Below are positions 42,838 to 52,823 of a stretch of 64,000 nucleotides of DNA, in pieces. The first letter of the stretch is position 1; each line of letters opens with the position of its first letter. The notes beneath the pieces were generated by a model. It was not told where the DNA came from and ran no database searches. It saw nothing but the letters and a program-made list of their open reading frames with translations. Source of the DNA: a virus (Duplodnaviria > Caudoviricetes); the IMG/VR virus record IMGVR_UViG_3300036783_000183, positions 9,075 through 73,074 of that record; one strand, 5' to 3'. The position numbers were made by a program, and so were the translations under genes.

Positions 42838-43589
42838 GGGACCATCCCCGCCCGGCGCAGCGCGGCGGTGTACTTCGTCTCGATCTCGTACGCCGCCGCC
42901 GGGTCGGCCATCACGTGGTACTCGCGCAGCTCCCACGGGTTGCCCAGGCCGATGAACAGCACGATGAACTTGGCCAGCCCGGTCAGCCGCATGTACTCCT
43001 GCACCTGCCACCAGTAGGCCGGCCAGCGGGTCCGGAAGAACTCCTCGTCCATGTCCGGGGCCTTGTTCAGCAGCACGTTCTTGATCGTCTTGCCCTCGTA
43101 GCCCCAGATCTGGCTGCTCTGCAGGGTGGAAGCGGCCGAGGCCGCGAAGTCGAAGCACACGATGCCGTCCAGGTGGCCGCGCGAGCGGGTCGGCACGTGG
43201 ACGGCGCCGTGCTCGCGGCAGTGCCGGGGCTGCGGGTAGCCGCATGCCGGGCAGGTGCCCTCGCGCACCGGCACCATGATCTGCAGCTGGACCAGCGCCT
43301 GCCGGATCACCTCGCCGTAGATCGTGCCGAACATGGTGCTCATCCGGCCGATGTAGCCCATGTCCTCGGCCTTCTCCGGCGGCGCCATGGTCAGGTAGGT
43401 GACCAGCTGGTTGGTGGTCATCCCCGGGTGGGCGCTGGCGTGGAACCAGTCATCCGGGGGCCGGTCCTGGGGCTTGGCCGTCCGGATCGTGAGCTTGAAG
43501 ATCTCACCGGAGGTGATGAACTGGACCAGCAGCGGCTTGACCAGGCACCCGGCCGCCGCGTACTTCGTGATGTGGTCGAACGTCGGCAT
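42834..43589 (-). CDS. Cas4-like/RecB-family PD-(D/E)xK exonuclease
   Basis: WFHASA, GTIYGE, CPAC...C, GHLDG, YEGKT and YWWQVQEYM motifs. Confidence 0.75.
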   Translation of the reverse strand: MPTFDHITKYAAAGCLVKPLLVQFITSGEIFKLTIRTAKPQDRPPDDWFHASAHPGMTTNQLVTYLTMAPPEKAEDMGYIGRMSTMFGTIYGEVIRQALVQLQIMVPVREGTCPACGYPQPRHCREHGAVHVPTRSRGHLDGIVCFDFAASAASTLQSSQIWGYEGKTIKNVLLNKAPDMDEEFFRTRWPAYWWQVQEYMRLTGLAKFIVLFIGLGNPWELREYHVMADPAAAYEIETKYTAALRRAGMVP

Positions 43590-44281
43590 CAGCGAGGGGC
43601 GCCGACCGTCGTCCGCACCACGCCGTCGATAATCAGCATGCCCCGGCGGACCACCAGGTCGTTGACCATCAGCCGGTCCTGGGCCGCGATGTCCTTCTCG
43701 ATCCGGACCGTGGTAACCGGGAACGTGCCGACCCGGCCGTCACCGTCAATCGAGTAGCCGGTCGTAACCATCCTGACCGGCTCCTCCGTCGAATGCGCCC
43801 CGTTGATCACGAAACACGGCCACATCTCGGGCGGCGGGACCGGCAGGCCCTCCGGGTACCCGCCGTGCAGCAGCGGCGCGGGCGGCGGCCCGGGGACCGG
43901 GGTCGCGACGGTCGGCGCCTCGGCCGCTGCCTGTGCGCGGGCGGCGAGCAGCAGCTCGTCGAAGTCGGCCGCCGGAATGGCGATCCAGTCCTCGGCGACC
44001 TGCTCCAGGTCCTCGGTGGCGTACCAGCGCAGGCCCAGCAGGGGGCGCTCGCCGCCAGCCTGCTCGCGGAGCTTGGCCAGCATGCCCAGGGTCGGAGTGA
44101 TCGAGCCGGTGGTCGTCGACTTGCCCTCGACGGCAAACGCGAACTCGGTAACCAGCCGGTTGTTCCGCCCGTCAGCGGGATCCTGCCAGGTCGATCCCGA
44201 GCCCCGCGATCTCCGGCCGCCGGTCAGCTCCGCCAGGAACTGCTCATGCAGGTCAGCCATCTTGTTCCGGTCTGGTGCCAT
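43589..44281 (-). CDS. PD-(D/E)xK nuclease (Hjc-like N-terminus) with C-terminal extension
   Basis: HEQFLAELTGGRRSRGSGS...ADGR...FAVEGKST. Confidence 0.65.
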   Translation of the reverse strand: MAPDRNKMADLHEQFLAELTGGRRSRGSGSTWQDPADGRNNRLVTEFAFAVEGKSTTTGSITPTLGMLAKLREQAGGERPLLGLRWYATEDLEQVAEDWIAIPAADFDELLLAARAQAAAEAPTVATPVPGPPPAPLLHGGYPEGLPVPPPEMWPCFVINGAHSTEEPVRMVTTGYSIDGDGRVGTFPVTTVRIEKDIAAQDRLMVNDLVVRRGMLIIDGVVRTTVGAPR

Positions 44282-44335
44282 CGTTCCTCCCGACAGGATG
44301 TATCACCAGTATGAAGGCAGCCTCTGACAAAGTAC

Positions 44336-44503
44336 CTAGCGCAGGCGCACATTGAGCTGGGCGACCCGCCGGGCCAGCGCGGTCCTGGCCATCCGGCGGT
44401 GCCTGCTGCGCCAGCAGCCCCGGAAGCTCGCGTTCGTGGCCTTGTCCCGGTAGACCTTGACCAGCACGGCGCTGCCGCAGGTGTCACAGGACTGCAGGAT
44501 CAC
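44336..44503 (-). CDS. Small basic Cys protein
   Basis: GTGA-coupled; CDTCG...GCW. Confidence 0.35.
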   Translation of the reverse strand: MILQSCDTCGSAVLVKVYRDKATNASFRGCWRSRHRRMARTALARRVAQLNVRLR

Positions 44504-45204
44504 GGCAGCTCGTCGGTGCTGTCGGTCACCGCCGGGATGATCGTGGTCATATCGTCCTCCAGGCGCACCAGCCGGAGCACCGAGGTCTCGCTCACCCGGG
44601 AGTCCTCGTCTTCGTCGTCGCCGGGGGCCGGGTCCTGGTCGCCGGCGTCCTCCTGGTCGTCCGGGCCGCCCGCCAGGTGCAGCTCCAGCCGCTCGCCCGG
44701 GGTCAGGCTGCGGATCACCGCGCCGTCCTCGCCGACCGACTCGCAGGTCACGTGGTGCAGCTTGCCGCCCCACCGGATGGCGATCACGTCGCCCTTCTTC
44801 AGGGTGAAGCTGACCGGATGCGGGCCCAGCCGCCGGTAGCTGTTGATCGAGAACGTGGTGTCGGCCACCTTGATCACGTGCGGCAGCTGCCACAGCTTGT
44901 CCAGGTCCTGCAGGTACAGCCACTCCAGGAAGCCCTCGAACGACGCCGAGGCGTGGATCCGGTGCTCCTCCAGCTCGGCGCGGGCGTCGCCCTGCATGGT
45001 GAACCAGGCGCCCTCGCCGGTCAGCAGGTCCATCACCCAGGCGCTGCCCGGCTCGTGCCCGAGCTGCTCGAACAGCGTGAGGATGGACGGGGCGACGTGC
45101 GAGTGCCAGGACAGCTCCTGGCCATCGGGGACGGCGACCATGTACGCGCCCCAGTTGTGCGGCAGCATCGGGTCGGCGACGGACTCGAACAGCGTAGTTC
45201 TCAT
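44500..45204 (-). CDS. Hypothetical protein
   Basis: 234-aa ORF, ATGA-coupled to recA. Confidence 0.6.
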   Translation of the reverse strand: MRTTLFESVADPMLPHNWGAYMVAVPDGQELSWHSHVAPSILTLFEQLGHEPGSAWVMDLLTGEGAWFTMQGDARAELEEHRIHASASFEGFLEWLYLQDLDKLWQLPHVIKVADTTFSINSYRRLGPHPVSFTLKKGDVIAIRWGGKLHHVTCESVGEDGAVIRSLTPGERLELHLAGGPDDQEDAGDQDPAPGDDEDEDSRVSETSVLRLVRLEDDMTTIIPAVTDSTDELP

Positions 45205-46232
45205 GCCGGGTGTTCCTCCAGGTTGAAGATGTTCTCGCGGACGGCTGCGCGCAGCTCTGCGTGACCGCGCAGCAGCTCGATGACCTTGCCCCGGCCCTTG
45301 GCCTTCATCCCGCCGGGCAGCTCGTACATGCCGCCGCCGCCCTGGATGATCACGCCGAGGCGGACACCGACCGAGATGTACTCATCGATCATGTTGATGC
45401 CCGGCGGCCCGTACTCGGGGGTGAGCCTGTTGTTCACCCAGAACTCGCCGATCCGGCCGGGCGCGATGGCCTTGGACCGGGTGACCCTGGCGCGGAACTG
45501 GCGGCTGACGATCTCGGGATCCTCGCCGGGGTAGAACTGCATCTTCACCGGCTCCTGGCGCCCGCCGGTCATCTGCACCCGGGTCGTGGTGGCGTGCTGC
45601 ATCTCCTTCGGCCCGGCGCTGACATCAGCGCCCATCGAGCCGATCTGGGCCCGCAGCTGGTTGACCAGGATCACGGTCGTCCCGGTCTGCCGGGTCAGCG
45701 AGGCCAGGTGCTTGCACATCCGGGTGACCACCTGGGCGTTGCGGCCCGGCAGCGTGTCCACGGCGTCCTTCTCCAGCGCCTTGACCGATTCCATCGCGCC
45801 GATCGAGTCGACCACGACCATCGAGTACAGGCCCGACCGGCACAGCTTGCGGGCCTGGTCGGAGGCCTGCTCGCTGAAGTCGGCGTACAGGTGCTCGACG
45901 TAGGACAGGTCCAGGCCGTTCGCGGCGGCCCAGGCGTCGTCGAACGTGCCCTCCATGTCGATGTAGCCGATGCCCTTGCGGGGGTACTTCGCGATGGCCC
46001 GCGCCATGCCGTTGATCACCAGCGTGGTCTTGGCCGAGTCCGGCGGGCCGACCGCCTCGTGCACCCGGCCCTCGATCCAGCCGCCCAGGCGCAGCGCCCA
46101 GTCCAGGGTCAGGCTGCCGGTGGGGAGCACCCGGTACGGGGCCGGCTCCTCGCGCTTGGGCGCCAGCCGGTCGCCGTAGGTCTTGCCCAGGCCCTCCCGG
46201 AACTTGTCCAGCTCACTCGGCCGGGGCGGCAT
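45201..46232 (-). CDS. recA: RecA-like recombinase
   Basis: LPTGSLTLDWALRLGG, GPPDSAKTT, YIDMEGTFD, VVVDSIGAM, VILVNQLR; ATG 46232 after GAGGAG. Confidence 0.93.
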   Translation of the reverse strand: MPPRPSELDKFREGLGKTYGDRLAPKREEPAPYRVLPTGSLTLDWALRLGGWIEGRVHEAVGPPDSAKTTLVINGMARAIAKYPRKGIGYIDMEGTFDDAWAAANGLDLSYVEHLYADFSEQASDQARKLCRSGLYSMVVVDSIGAMESVKALEKDAVDTLPGRNAQVVTRMCKHLASLTRQTGTTVILVNQLRAQIGSMGADVSAGPKEMQHATTTRVQMTGGRQEPVKMQFYPGEDPEIVSRQFRARVTRSKAIAPGRIGEFWVNNRLTPEYGPPGINMIDEYISVGVRLGVIIQGGGGMYELPGGMKAKGRGKVIELLRGHAELRAAVRENIFNLEEHPA

Positions 46233-46551
46233 CGCTCTCCTCGACCGGGCGATCGACCTTCCACCCATGCTCGGCCAGCAGCTCGGCCATCTTGTCGAGG
46301 CGGCGCTGCCGGATGATCGCGGCCTCGGCCTCAGTGATGAACGTCTCGGTGAAGTTGACATCAGCGAGGTCGATGCCGTCGCGCCAGTCATCGACCACGA
46401 CGTGGCGCTCGATCACCGGCTCGCGGAACGCGCCGGGGGCCACTTCGAGGATCAGCTTGACCGGGATCTCGCCCCGGCTGAGCTGCGGCAGGTTCTTGGT
46501 CATCCGCTCGACCCTCTGGCGGCTGACGACCAGGTAGATGATCTCCCTCAT
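46213..46551 (-). CDS. Conserved phage hypothetical protein
   Basis: MREIIYLVVSRQRVERMTKNLPQL...; ATGA coupling. Confidence 0.6.
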   Translation of the reverse strand: MREIIYLVVSRQRVERMTKNLPQLSRGEIPVKLILEVAPGAFREPVIERHVVVDDWRDGIDLADVNFTETFITEAEAAIIRQRRLDKMAELLAEHGWKVDRPVEESDAAPAE

Positions 46552-46736
46552 GGCTCGCCGCCCACAAGCGTCCCGGTCGCCACCTGATGCCGGATCAGCG
46601 CGTTGGCGGCGCCGTCGAGGGTCACATGCGGCCGGGTCCGGTGCCCGCAGGCGCACTCGGCCCGGACCAGGACCAGCCAGGCGCGGCTGATCTTCTCGAA
46701 CCAGCAGCCCCCGGCAAGCTCGTAGACCGCCATCAC
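46548..46736 (-). CDS. Small Zn-ribbon protein
   Basis: ECACG...H motif. Confidence 0.5.
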   Translation of the reverse strand: MMAVYELAGGCWFEKISRAWLVLVRAECACGHRTRPHVTLDGAANALIRHQVATGTLVGGEP

Positions 46737-46933
46737 CCGGCCTCCTTCCGCTCGGGCAGGTCGCTCACGCCCTTCAGCGGGCCGCGTGCGATGCGCCGCA
46801 GCCGACCCAGGTCGTAGTCGGGCAGCCGGGACAGCGCGCCGGCGATCTGGTCGTCGGAGCAGGCCAGCACGAACCGCAGGTGCGTCCCGCAGAAGTCGCC
46901 GTGGACCGGCGCCTTCTTGTCGTGCGCGCTCAT
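46733..46933 (-). CDS. Small hypothetical protein
   Basis: ATGA/GTGA-coupled on both sides. Confidence 0.5.
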   Translation of the reverse strand: MSAHDKKAPVHGDFCGTHLRFVLACSDDQIAGALSRLPDYDLGRLRRIARGPLKGVSDLPERKEAG

Positions 46934-49900
46934 CCGAGTCTCCTGATCGCCTGCAGCCGGCTCGACATCTTCCAGATCCCGTCCTGCTTGTAGCGGGACC
47001 GGTCGGCGGTCGCCACGACCAGCGTCCCGTCGTGCAGGAACCGCATGGCCGTCAGCAGGTCGGGCTCGTCCTCCCCTCGCGGCGAGAACACAGCGATATC
47101 AATATAGCTTGATTCCGTCGCGAGCGTTAGCCAGATCATCGGGCGGCCCGTCCGGGTGTGCGCGAGCTTGCGCCGGGCGACCACCCCGGGCAGCAGGTAG
47201 GAACCCGGCGGCAGGCTGGCCCAGTTGCCGGCGATCTCCCGGGCCAGCGCCCGGCCGTCCGGAGTCACCTTGTCCAGGATCTGGAACAGGTCCGGCGACA
47301 GCCAGGTGCCGAAGATCTCGTGCTCCTGGTGCCACAGCTCGCCGGGGGAGTAGACCCGCATGCCGTCCATAGGCGACGGGCCCGGCGGGGTGTAGTTCCG
47401 GCAGCCCCGGGTGCACCGGGCCGGGGGCGGCTTGCGCTCGGACTTCAGCTCCTGGCCCCGCTTGCCGATCCGGACGGGCACCGGCTCGGAGTCCCAGTCG
47501 AAATGGCAGGGCAGGTGCCGGGGTCCGTCAAACGCCTCGTCCTTGTGCACGCACCGGGTCAGGTCGCCGCTGCGCTCGGAGTCCAGGTACTCCACCAGGG
47601 CCCGGCGGGAGGGCACCAGGCTGTCCAGGGCGCCCGCGCGGGCCAGCGCGTAGACGATGCCCTGGTTGACTCCCGAGCGCGCCGTGAAGTCCTTCCACGA
47701 CTCGTACGGGTGGCTCATGATCAGGTGGGACATGGCGGCCGGGCCGAGGCCCTTGATGGCGTCCAGGCCGTACCGGATGGAGATCCCCTCGGTGGCGAAC
47801 CCCCGTGAATGCCGGTTTACATCGGGACCGAGCACGGACACGCCGAGCCGCCGTGCCTCGATCACGAAGTCGGCGATCCTGTCCTTGTCATCCAGCGTCG
47901 AGCAGATCGAGGCCAGCGCCTCGACCGGATAATGGACCTTGAGCCAGCCCGTCCAGTAGGCCAGCAGCGAGTAGGAGTAGGCATGGGCCAAGTTGAACGC
48001 GTACTTCCCGAACTCGGCCATCGTGGCCCACAGGGCCGCTGCATCGGCACGACTGAGCCCGTTCGCCTCACACCGGTCCTGGAACTTGGCCCCGGCCGCC
48101 TGTATCTTGTCGGTGAGCTTCTTGCCGAGGACCTTCCGGACGGCATCGGCCTCGGCGTCGTCGTACCCGGCCAGCAGCGTGCAGGCGAGCAGGATGTCCT
48201 CCTGGTAGAGCATGACCCCGAACCGCCTGGCTAGCTGCTCCCGCAGCCGCTCGTGCGGGTAGCTGACCGGCTCCTTGCCCCTGCGCCGCCGCAGGTAGGA
48301 CTCGGCCATGCCGGAGTTGCGCGGGCCAGGGCGGACCAGGGTGGTCAGGTCGGCCAGCTCGGCCATCCCCTTCGGCTTCATCCGGCGGCAGGTCTGCTGC
48401 CCGAGGCTGGTCTCGACCTGGAACATGCCCAGCGTGTGGCCGGTGCCGATCTCCTCCCAGACCTGCGGGTCCTGGTACTCCTCGCGCCAGGTCGTCGGGT
48501 CCGGGCGGACCCCGGTGCGCTCCTCGATCCGGTCCAGCGCGCCCTGGATGGAATCCAGCGTGCGCAGCGTCAGGAAGTCCAGCTTCAGCTGGCCCTGGGC
48601 CTCCATGTCGCGGAAGTCGTACTGGCTGACCAGCGACGGGTCATCGGATGAGGCCGTGCGCATCGGGATCGCGCCCGCCAGCGGGGCCCCGGTCGAGACG
48701 ACCAGGCCGGCCGGGTGCTTGCCGTAGGCGTGCACCCGGTTGACCAGGCGGCCCGCCGTGTCGAAGACCGCGCGGTACCGGGCGATGTAGGGCTCCAGCT
48801 CGGTGCTGGTCTCCAGCAGCTCATCCCACGGCACGCCGAGCCCGGCGGTGTGCGACTCGGCCTCGTCGATGATCGAGGAGACCTCGGCCGCGTCGGCGAA
48901 GCACTCCGGCGGCAGCTCGCTGGCCTTCAGCGTGAAGAGCTTGTTCAGGATGGACCGGCTGCGGTAGCGCATGTTGGTGCCGACCCGGACCACGTTCGGG
49001 GCCCCGTACCGGTGCGTCACGTAGCCGGTGATCTTGTCCCGCTGGGAGCTGGGGAAGTCCAGGTCGAAGTCCGGCAGCATGGTCCGGCCCGGGGTCAGGA
49101 ACCGGCTGAACAGCAGCCCGGTCTCCAGCGGGTCGGCGATGGTGATGCCCAGCAGGTGGCTCATCAGCGACCCGGCGGCACTGCCGCGCCCGGGGCCGAC
49201 CAGGATGGACTGGGAGCGGCACCACTGCACCACGTCGTTGACCACCAGGTAGCAGCCCGCCAGGTTCTTATCTGCCACCAGGCGGTGCTCCCCGTCGAGC
49301 CGGTCCTGGTAGTCCTGCGCGGAGCCGCCCCGGAACGGGAGGCCGGTCAGGGCCGAGCGGCAGAGGTTCAGCAGCACCCGGGAGTCCTCGTCCGAGCTGG
49401 CGCCGAAGACCGGCGGCTCGGTCTGGCCCTCGATCCGGGCTTCGCACTGCTCCGCGATCAGCACCGAGTTGCGCACGGCCTCGTCCACGTCCTGCGGATC
49501 GAGGTAGGCCAGCTTGGCCCGCACCTCGGCCTCGGCCTGCATGTGGATGATCTGCCAGTAGTCCTCGTTGGAGGAGGAGGTACGCAGCGCCATCCAGGTC
49601 TTGTGCAGCCCCTTCTCGGCCCGGGAGGGGTAGTGCGAGTCGGACGCGGCCAGCAGCGGCACCCCCGCCTGCTTCGCCACCATCACCAGCAGCTTATTCA
49701 GCTGCACCTGCTCGGGGATGTCGTTGCCCTGGATCTCCAGGTACAGCCGCCCGGGGAAGATCCCGTGCAGGCGGCGCAGCAGGGCAGCGGCGGCGCCGTA
49801 GTCGCCGTCCAGGAGCGGCCGGGAGACGATGCCGCCCAGGCAGGCCGTGGTGACGATCAGGCCCTCGCCGTACCGCTCCAGCAGCTCCCAGTCGCAGCGC

Positions 49901-50268
49901 GGCCGGTGGTAGTGCCCGGTGACGTACGCCTCGGTGGACAGCGCCCACAGGTTCCTCAGGCCGCGCTGGTCCTGCGCCAGCAGGACGAGGTGCCGGCCGC
50001 CGCGCAGCCGCGCCTGCGCCTCCTTGTCGCCCTTCTCCGGCCGGATGAGGCGGTCGGGCTGCCAGTATGTCTCCATCCCGAACAGCGCCTTGATGCCCGC
50101 CGCGTCGCAGGCCCGCTGGTGGTCCGGGTGCCCGGCGCAGGTGCCGTGGTCGGTGATGGCGGCGGCCGGGTTACCGTCCGCCGCCGCGCGGGCAGCGATC
50201 TCCTCGCAAGTCGATAGGCCGTCCAGGGCTGAATACTCGCTGTGAGTGTGAATATGACAATAAGTCAC
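46930..50268 (-). CDS. dnaE: DNA polymerase III alpha subunit (DnaE-like)
   Basis: PHP motifs HIHTHSEYSALDG and AITDHG; GRGSAAGSL; PDFDLDF; KHPAG; KLDFL; GKYAFNLAHAYSY; C-terminal OB fold. Start probably GTG 50268 (the track gives 50346). Confidence 0.96.
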   Translation of the reverse strand: MTYCHIHTHSEYSALDGLSTCEEIAARAAADGNPAAAITDHGTCAGHPDHQRACDAAGIKALFGMETYWQPDRLIRPEKGDKEAQARLRGGRHLVLLAQDQRGLRNLWALSTEAYVTGHYHRPRCDWELLERYGEGLIVTTACLGGIVSRPLLDGDYGAAAALLRRLHGIFPGRLYLEIQGNDIPEQVQLNKLLVMVAKQAGVPLLAASDSHYPSRAEKGLHKTWMALRTSSSNEDYWQIIHMQAEAEVRAKLAYLDPQDVDEAVRNSVLIAEQCEARIEGQTEPPVFGASSDEDSRVLLNLCRSALTGLPFRGGSAQDYQDRLDGEHRLVADKNLAGCYLVVNDVVQWCRSQSILVGPGRGSAAGSLMSHLLGITIADPLETGLLFSRFLTPGRTMLPDFDLDFPSSQRDKITGYVTHRYGAPNVVRVGTNMRYRSRSILNKLFTLKASELPPECFADAAEVSSIIDEAESHTAGLGVPWDELLETSTELEPYIARYRAVFDTAGRLVNRVHAYGKHPAGLVVSTGAPLAGAIPMRTASSDDPSLVSQYDFRDMEAQGQLKLDFLTLRTLDSIQGALDRIEERTGVRPDPTTWREEYQDPQVWEEIGTGHTLGMFQVETSLGQQTCRRMKPKGMAELADLTTLVRPGPRNSGMAESYLRRRRGKEPVSYPHERLREQLARRFGVMLYQEDILLACTLLAGYDDAEADAVRKVLGKKLTDKIQAAGAKFQDRCEANGLSRADAAALWATMAEFGKYAFNLAHAYSYSLLAYWTGWLKVHYPVEALASICSTLDDKDRIADFVIEARRLGVSVLGPDVNRHSRGFATEGISIRYGLDAIKGLGPAAMSHLIMSHPYESWKDFTARSGVNQGIVYALARAGALDSLVPSRRALVEYLDSERSGDLTRCVHKDEAFDGPRHLPCHFDWDSEPVPVRIGKRGQELKSERKPPPARCTRGCRNYTPPGPSPMDGMRVYSPGELWHQEHEIFGTWLSPDLFQILDKVTPDGRALAREIAGNWASLPPGSYLLPGVVARRKLAHTRTGRPMIWLTLATESSYIDIAVFSPRGEDEPDLLTAMRFLHDGTLVVATADRSRYKQDGIWKMSSRLQAIRRLG

Positions 50269-50538
50269 ACGGCCGCTCCCGCATAACGATGAATCGTAGA
50301 CGGCTCGCTCGCGCCGCTCAGGAATCAGTGTGCTTGCGGCGGGCAACCACGCGCATCACCCGGACATGGTTACTCCGGCGGCGGCGGCTCGGCGACGGGC
50401 CGGGCCAGGCTGATGGCGGTCAGCACTGTCCCGCCCGGCGCGACAAGGAACTTGCGGTACGCCGCTGCCCAGGTTTTTGCCTTTTCCATGGCGCCCTGCC
50501 CTTCTATCCTTCCCGGGGCAGGGCGCCATGGGGCCAGG

Positions 50539-51441
50539 TCAGGTGGGCTGCGTCGAGAAGGCCTCGGCCATCCGGGCCTTCATCGCCTCGGCCTCCTTGT
50601 CGTCGAGCTGGACCTCGCCGGCCTCGGCGGCAGCGGCGGCGCCCTCGGCGTCCTCGCCCTCGGCCTCGTCGTCCTTCCACGCCGGGTCGAAGAACCGGCC
50701 GTAGTACTCGGCGCTGGACTGGTCCAGGATCATCGCCTCGACCGACAGCTCCTTCAGCGCCAGCGCGTCGAGGTACTTCTGCCACGCCGGGGTGCCGGGC
50801 CGCAGGTCCGGGGTCTCCCGGCCGGCCGAGATGATGTAGTCGTTGTCCGTCCGCATGATGGAGAAGTCCCGGTCGCAGATCGTGCCGGTCATGTACCCGG
50901 CGGCCTTCAGCGGGGCCCAGAAGTTGGAGTAGGACTGGCTGGCGATGACGATCTTGGGGATCCGGTGGGTGGTGCCCTCCTTGTCCTTGAACTCCTCGAT
51001 CACATCGCGGAAGGCGGCGAGCTTGCCGCCGTCCATGACCGGCTCGCGCATCACGAACAGGCCCCAGACCTGCGGGTTTGGCACCGCGACGGACTTCTTG
51101 AACTTGCCCATCACGTCCTTCATGTGCTCGTGGATGTAGCAGTGCCCGTAGCCCTCTTCGTACTGCTCGGTCGGCTTCCCGTCTTCCCAGAGCCGGAACG
51201 CGTCGGCGTTCTGGCAGACCGCGCTCATCATCGAGGGCCACTTGTCGGCCTTGACGTTCTTCGGGGCCGGCTTGGTCGGCACGCCCATGTGCACGTCGAT
51301 CGCGATGATGTCGTCCAGGTCGGACAGCGGCCGGACGTACTTGGTGTCCCCGGACTTGATGGACAGCCAGTCGGCGCGCCCGCCGGACGCGGCCTTGGCG
51401 GCGGCCTCAGCGCTCTCGGCGCCCTTGCTCCACTGTGGCAT
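50539..51441 (-). CDS. Single-stranded DNA-binding protein (gp32-like)
   Basis: WLSIKSGDTKYVRPL N-terminus, acidic C-terminal tail; adjacent to dnaE. Confidence 0.65.
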   Translation of the reverse strand: MPQWSKGAESAEAAAKAASGGRADWLSIKSGDTKYVRPLSDLDDIIAIDVHMGVPTKPAPKNVKADKWPSMMSAVCQNADAFRLWEDGKPTEQYEEGYGHCYIHEHMKDVMGKFKKSVAVPNPQVWGLFVMREPVMDGGKLAAFRDVIEEFKDKEGTTHRIPKIVIASQSYSNFWAPLKAAGYMTGTICDRDFSIMRTDNDYIISAGRETPDLRPGTPAWQKYLDALALKELSVEAMILDQSSAEYYGRFFDPAWKDDEAEGEDAEGAAAAAEAGEVQLDDKEAEAMKARMAEAFSTQPT

Positions 51442-52432
51442 GGGGGTCTCCTCGTCTGCGTAGCTCTGTAACGAGCCCCCACATATCTACGGCCGCTGCG
51501 GCCAGCTCAGGCGAGGGCTCGCCCTCTCCGAGCAACACTACTAGCGTTCCTTGATCGGGAGCAGGGGTTACCCGGAACGTCTGCGAATCACACAGCCCGA
51601 CCGCGAACCGGGCCGTCACGCCCTTGTCACTGAACGCCCGGACCAGCAGCAGCTGCCAGGTCTCCAGCTGCTCCGAGCGGATCCCGAACGCGTCGAGCAC
51701 GGCCGGCTCGCGGTACCACGTCCAGCGGTCCAGCCATCCGGCGGTCAGCTCCAGGATCCGGCCCGTTAGGGGAGGGAACAGGGACGGCGGCGTCATCTGC
51801 CCTGTTCGCTCCCCTCCGGGGCCGCCGGGATGGCTGACGGTGAACCCCCAGTCCCCCAGGACGCTCTCCGGGGTGACGTGGGCGAACCCCCGCGACGCCA
51901 TCGCGGACGCTGCCATGTGCGCGGCCTTCTTGATCTGGTCCTGGACATCCTTGTCTTCGAGGAAGACGCCGCCCAGGGGCATCCGGTCGTACCGGGCCCG
52001 CACGCCGTCGTCGAGCAGCTGCTTAGCCGCGTAGACCAGGTGGGACTTCCCGGCGCCGATGGTGGCCTTCCGCTTCATCAGCGCGTCGCGGATCTGCCGC
52101 TTGGTGGCCGTCCAGCGCAGGCCGAGGCGCCGGTAGTAGCCGCAGACATCCCAGACGATCTCGGGGAAGCGGGCCAGCTCCTGGCAGCTGCTGGCGACGG
52201 CAGGGCCCCGGCCGACCGGGAGCAGCAGGCCATCCCGGGTGGGCAGCTCCTGGACCGCCGCGATCGCGGCGTACCGGTAGGAGGCGTTCTGGGTGCCGCT
52301 GGTCACGGTGGTAGCCGTCCACCGCCAGGACTCCTTAGCGTCCGGGTGGACGAAGATGGTGAAGGCGCCCTGGCCCAGGAACCGGCTGTAGTGCTTGATC
52401 TCCTCCGGGGTCAGGAAATCACTCGGCTCCAT
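51407..52432 (-). CDS. Protein with J-domain-like segment
   Basis: WDVCGYYRRLGLRWTATKRQIRDALM resembles J-domain helices I-II; no HPD motif seen. Confidence 0.5.
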   Translation of the reverse strand: MEPSDFLTPEEIKHYSRFLGQGAFTIFVHPDAKESWRWTATTVTSGTQNASYRYAAIAAVQELPTRDGLLLPVGRGPAVASSCQELARFPEIVWDVCGYYRRLGLRWTATKRQIRDALMKRKATIGAGKSHLVYAAKQLLDDGVRARYDRMPLGGVFLEDKDVQDQIKKAAHMAASAMASRGFAHVTPESVLGDWGFTVSHPGGPGGERTGQMTPPSLFPPLTGRILELTAGWLDRWTWYREPAVLDAFGIRSEQLETWQLLLVRAFSDKGVTARFAVGLCDSQTFRVTPAPDQGTLVVLLGEGEPSPELAAAAVDMWGLVTELRRRGDPHATVEQGRRER

Positions 52433-52562
52433 CAGCCTCGGTGGTCTCGTCCAGCAGGTCCTTCTCGTCCTCGGGCTCCCAGCCGGTGGCGGCGGTCTTG
52501 GTGATGCCCTGGTCTCCCTCGGTGCCGAGGACCTGGCCGGAGGCAGTCTTGCGGATGCTCAT
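52419..52562 (-). CDS. 47-aa acidic peptide with KTAS/KTAA motifs
   Basis: ATG 52562 after GGAGA, TGATG/ATGA coupling; MSIRKTASGQVLGTEGDQGITKTAATGWEPEDE... Confidence 0.5.
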   Translation of the reverse strand: MSIRKTASGQVLGTEGDQGITKTAATGWEPEDEKDLLDETTEADGAE

Positions 52563-52819
52563 GGCGGTTCTCCAGGTGTCTGCTCCCCAGCAGCGTACGC
52601 GTCGGCTGTCTCCTCGCACCAGCCGTAGCCGCAGTGCAGGCAGCGCCGGCACAGATGCTCCCGGAGGATCCGGCTGTTGGGATCATCGGTCCAGCAGGGG
52701 GAGCCGACCACAGCGATCATGTGATGCAGCGCATCGATCTGCTCGGCCAAGCATTTCGGACAATTTCGATCGGGAGCATAGTTCAACAGGATCCCGGGCA
52801 TGCCGAACGGCTGCGTCAT
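52559..52819 (-). CDS. Small Zn-binding protein
   Basis: CPKC...HLCRRCLHCGYGW; GAGGG RBS. Confidence 0.6.
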   Translation of the reverse strand: MTQPFGMPGILLNYAPDRNCPKCLAEQIDALHHMIAVVGSPCWTDDPNSRILREHLCRRCLHCGYGWCEETADAYAAGEQTPGEPP

Positions 52820-52823
52820 CCCT

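Noticed and set aside
42834-43589. Cas4-like nuclease as part of the guide system
   Set aside because: It sits in the recombination operon with RuvC and RecA, as is usual for phage Cas4-like exonucleases. Nothing links it to the arrays.
46152-46178. RecA Walker A variant (GPPDSAKT) as an inactive enzyme
   Set aside because: The K-T and Walker B residues are intact; the G-to-A change alone is insufficient evidence.
46930-50346. Intein in DnaE, RecA or TerL
   Set aside because: Lengths are normal, and no C/S...HN-C/S/T splice junctions or LAGLIDADG blocks were seen.
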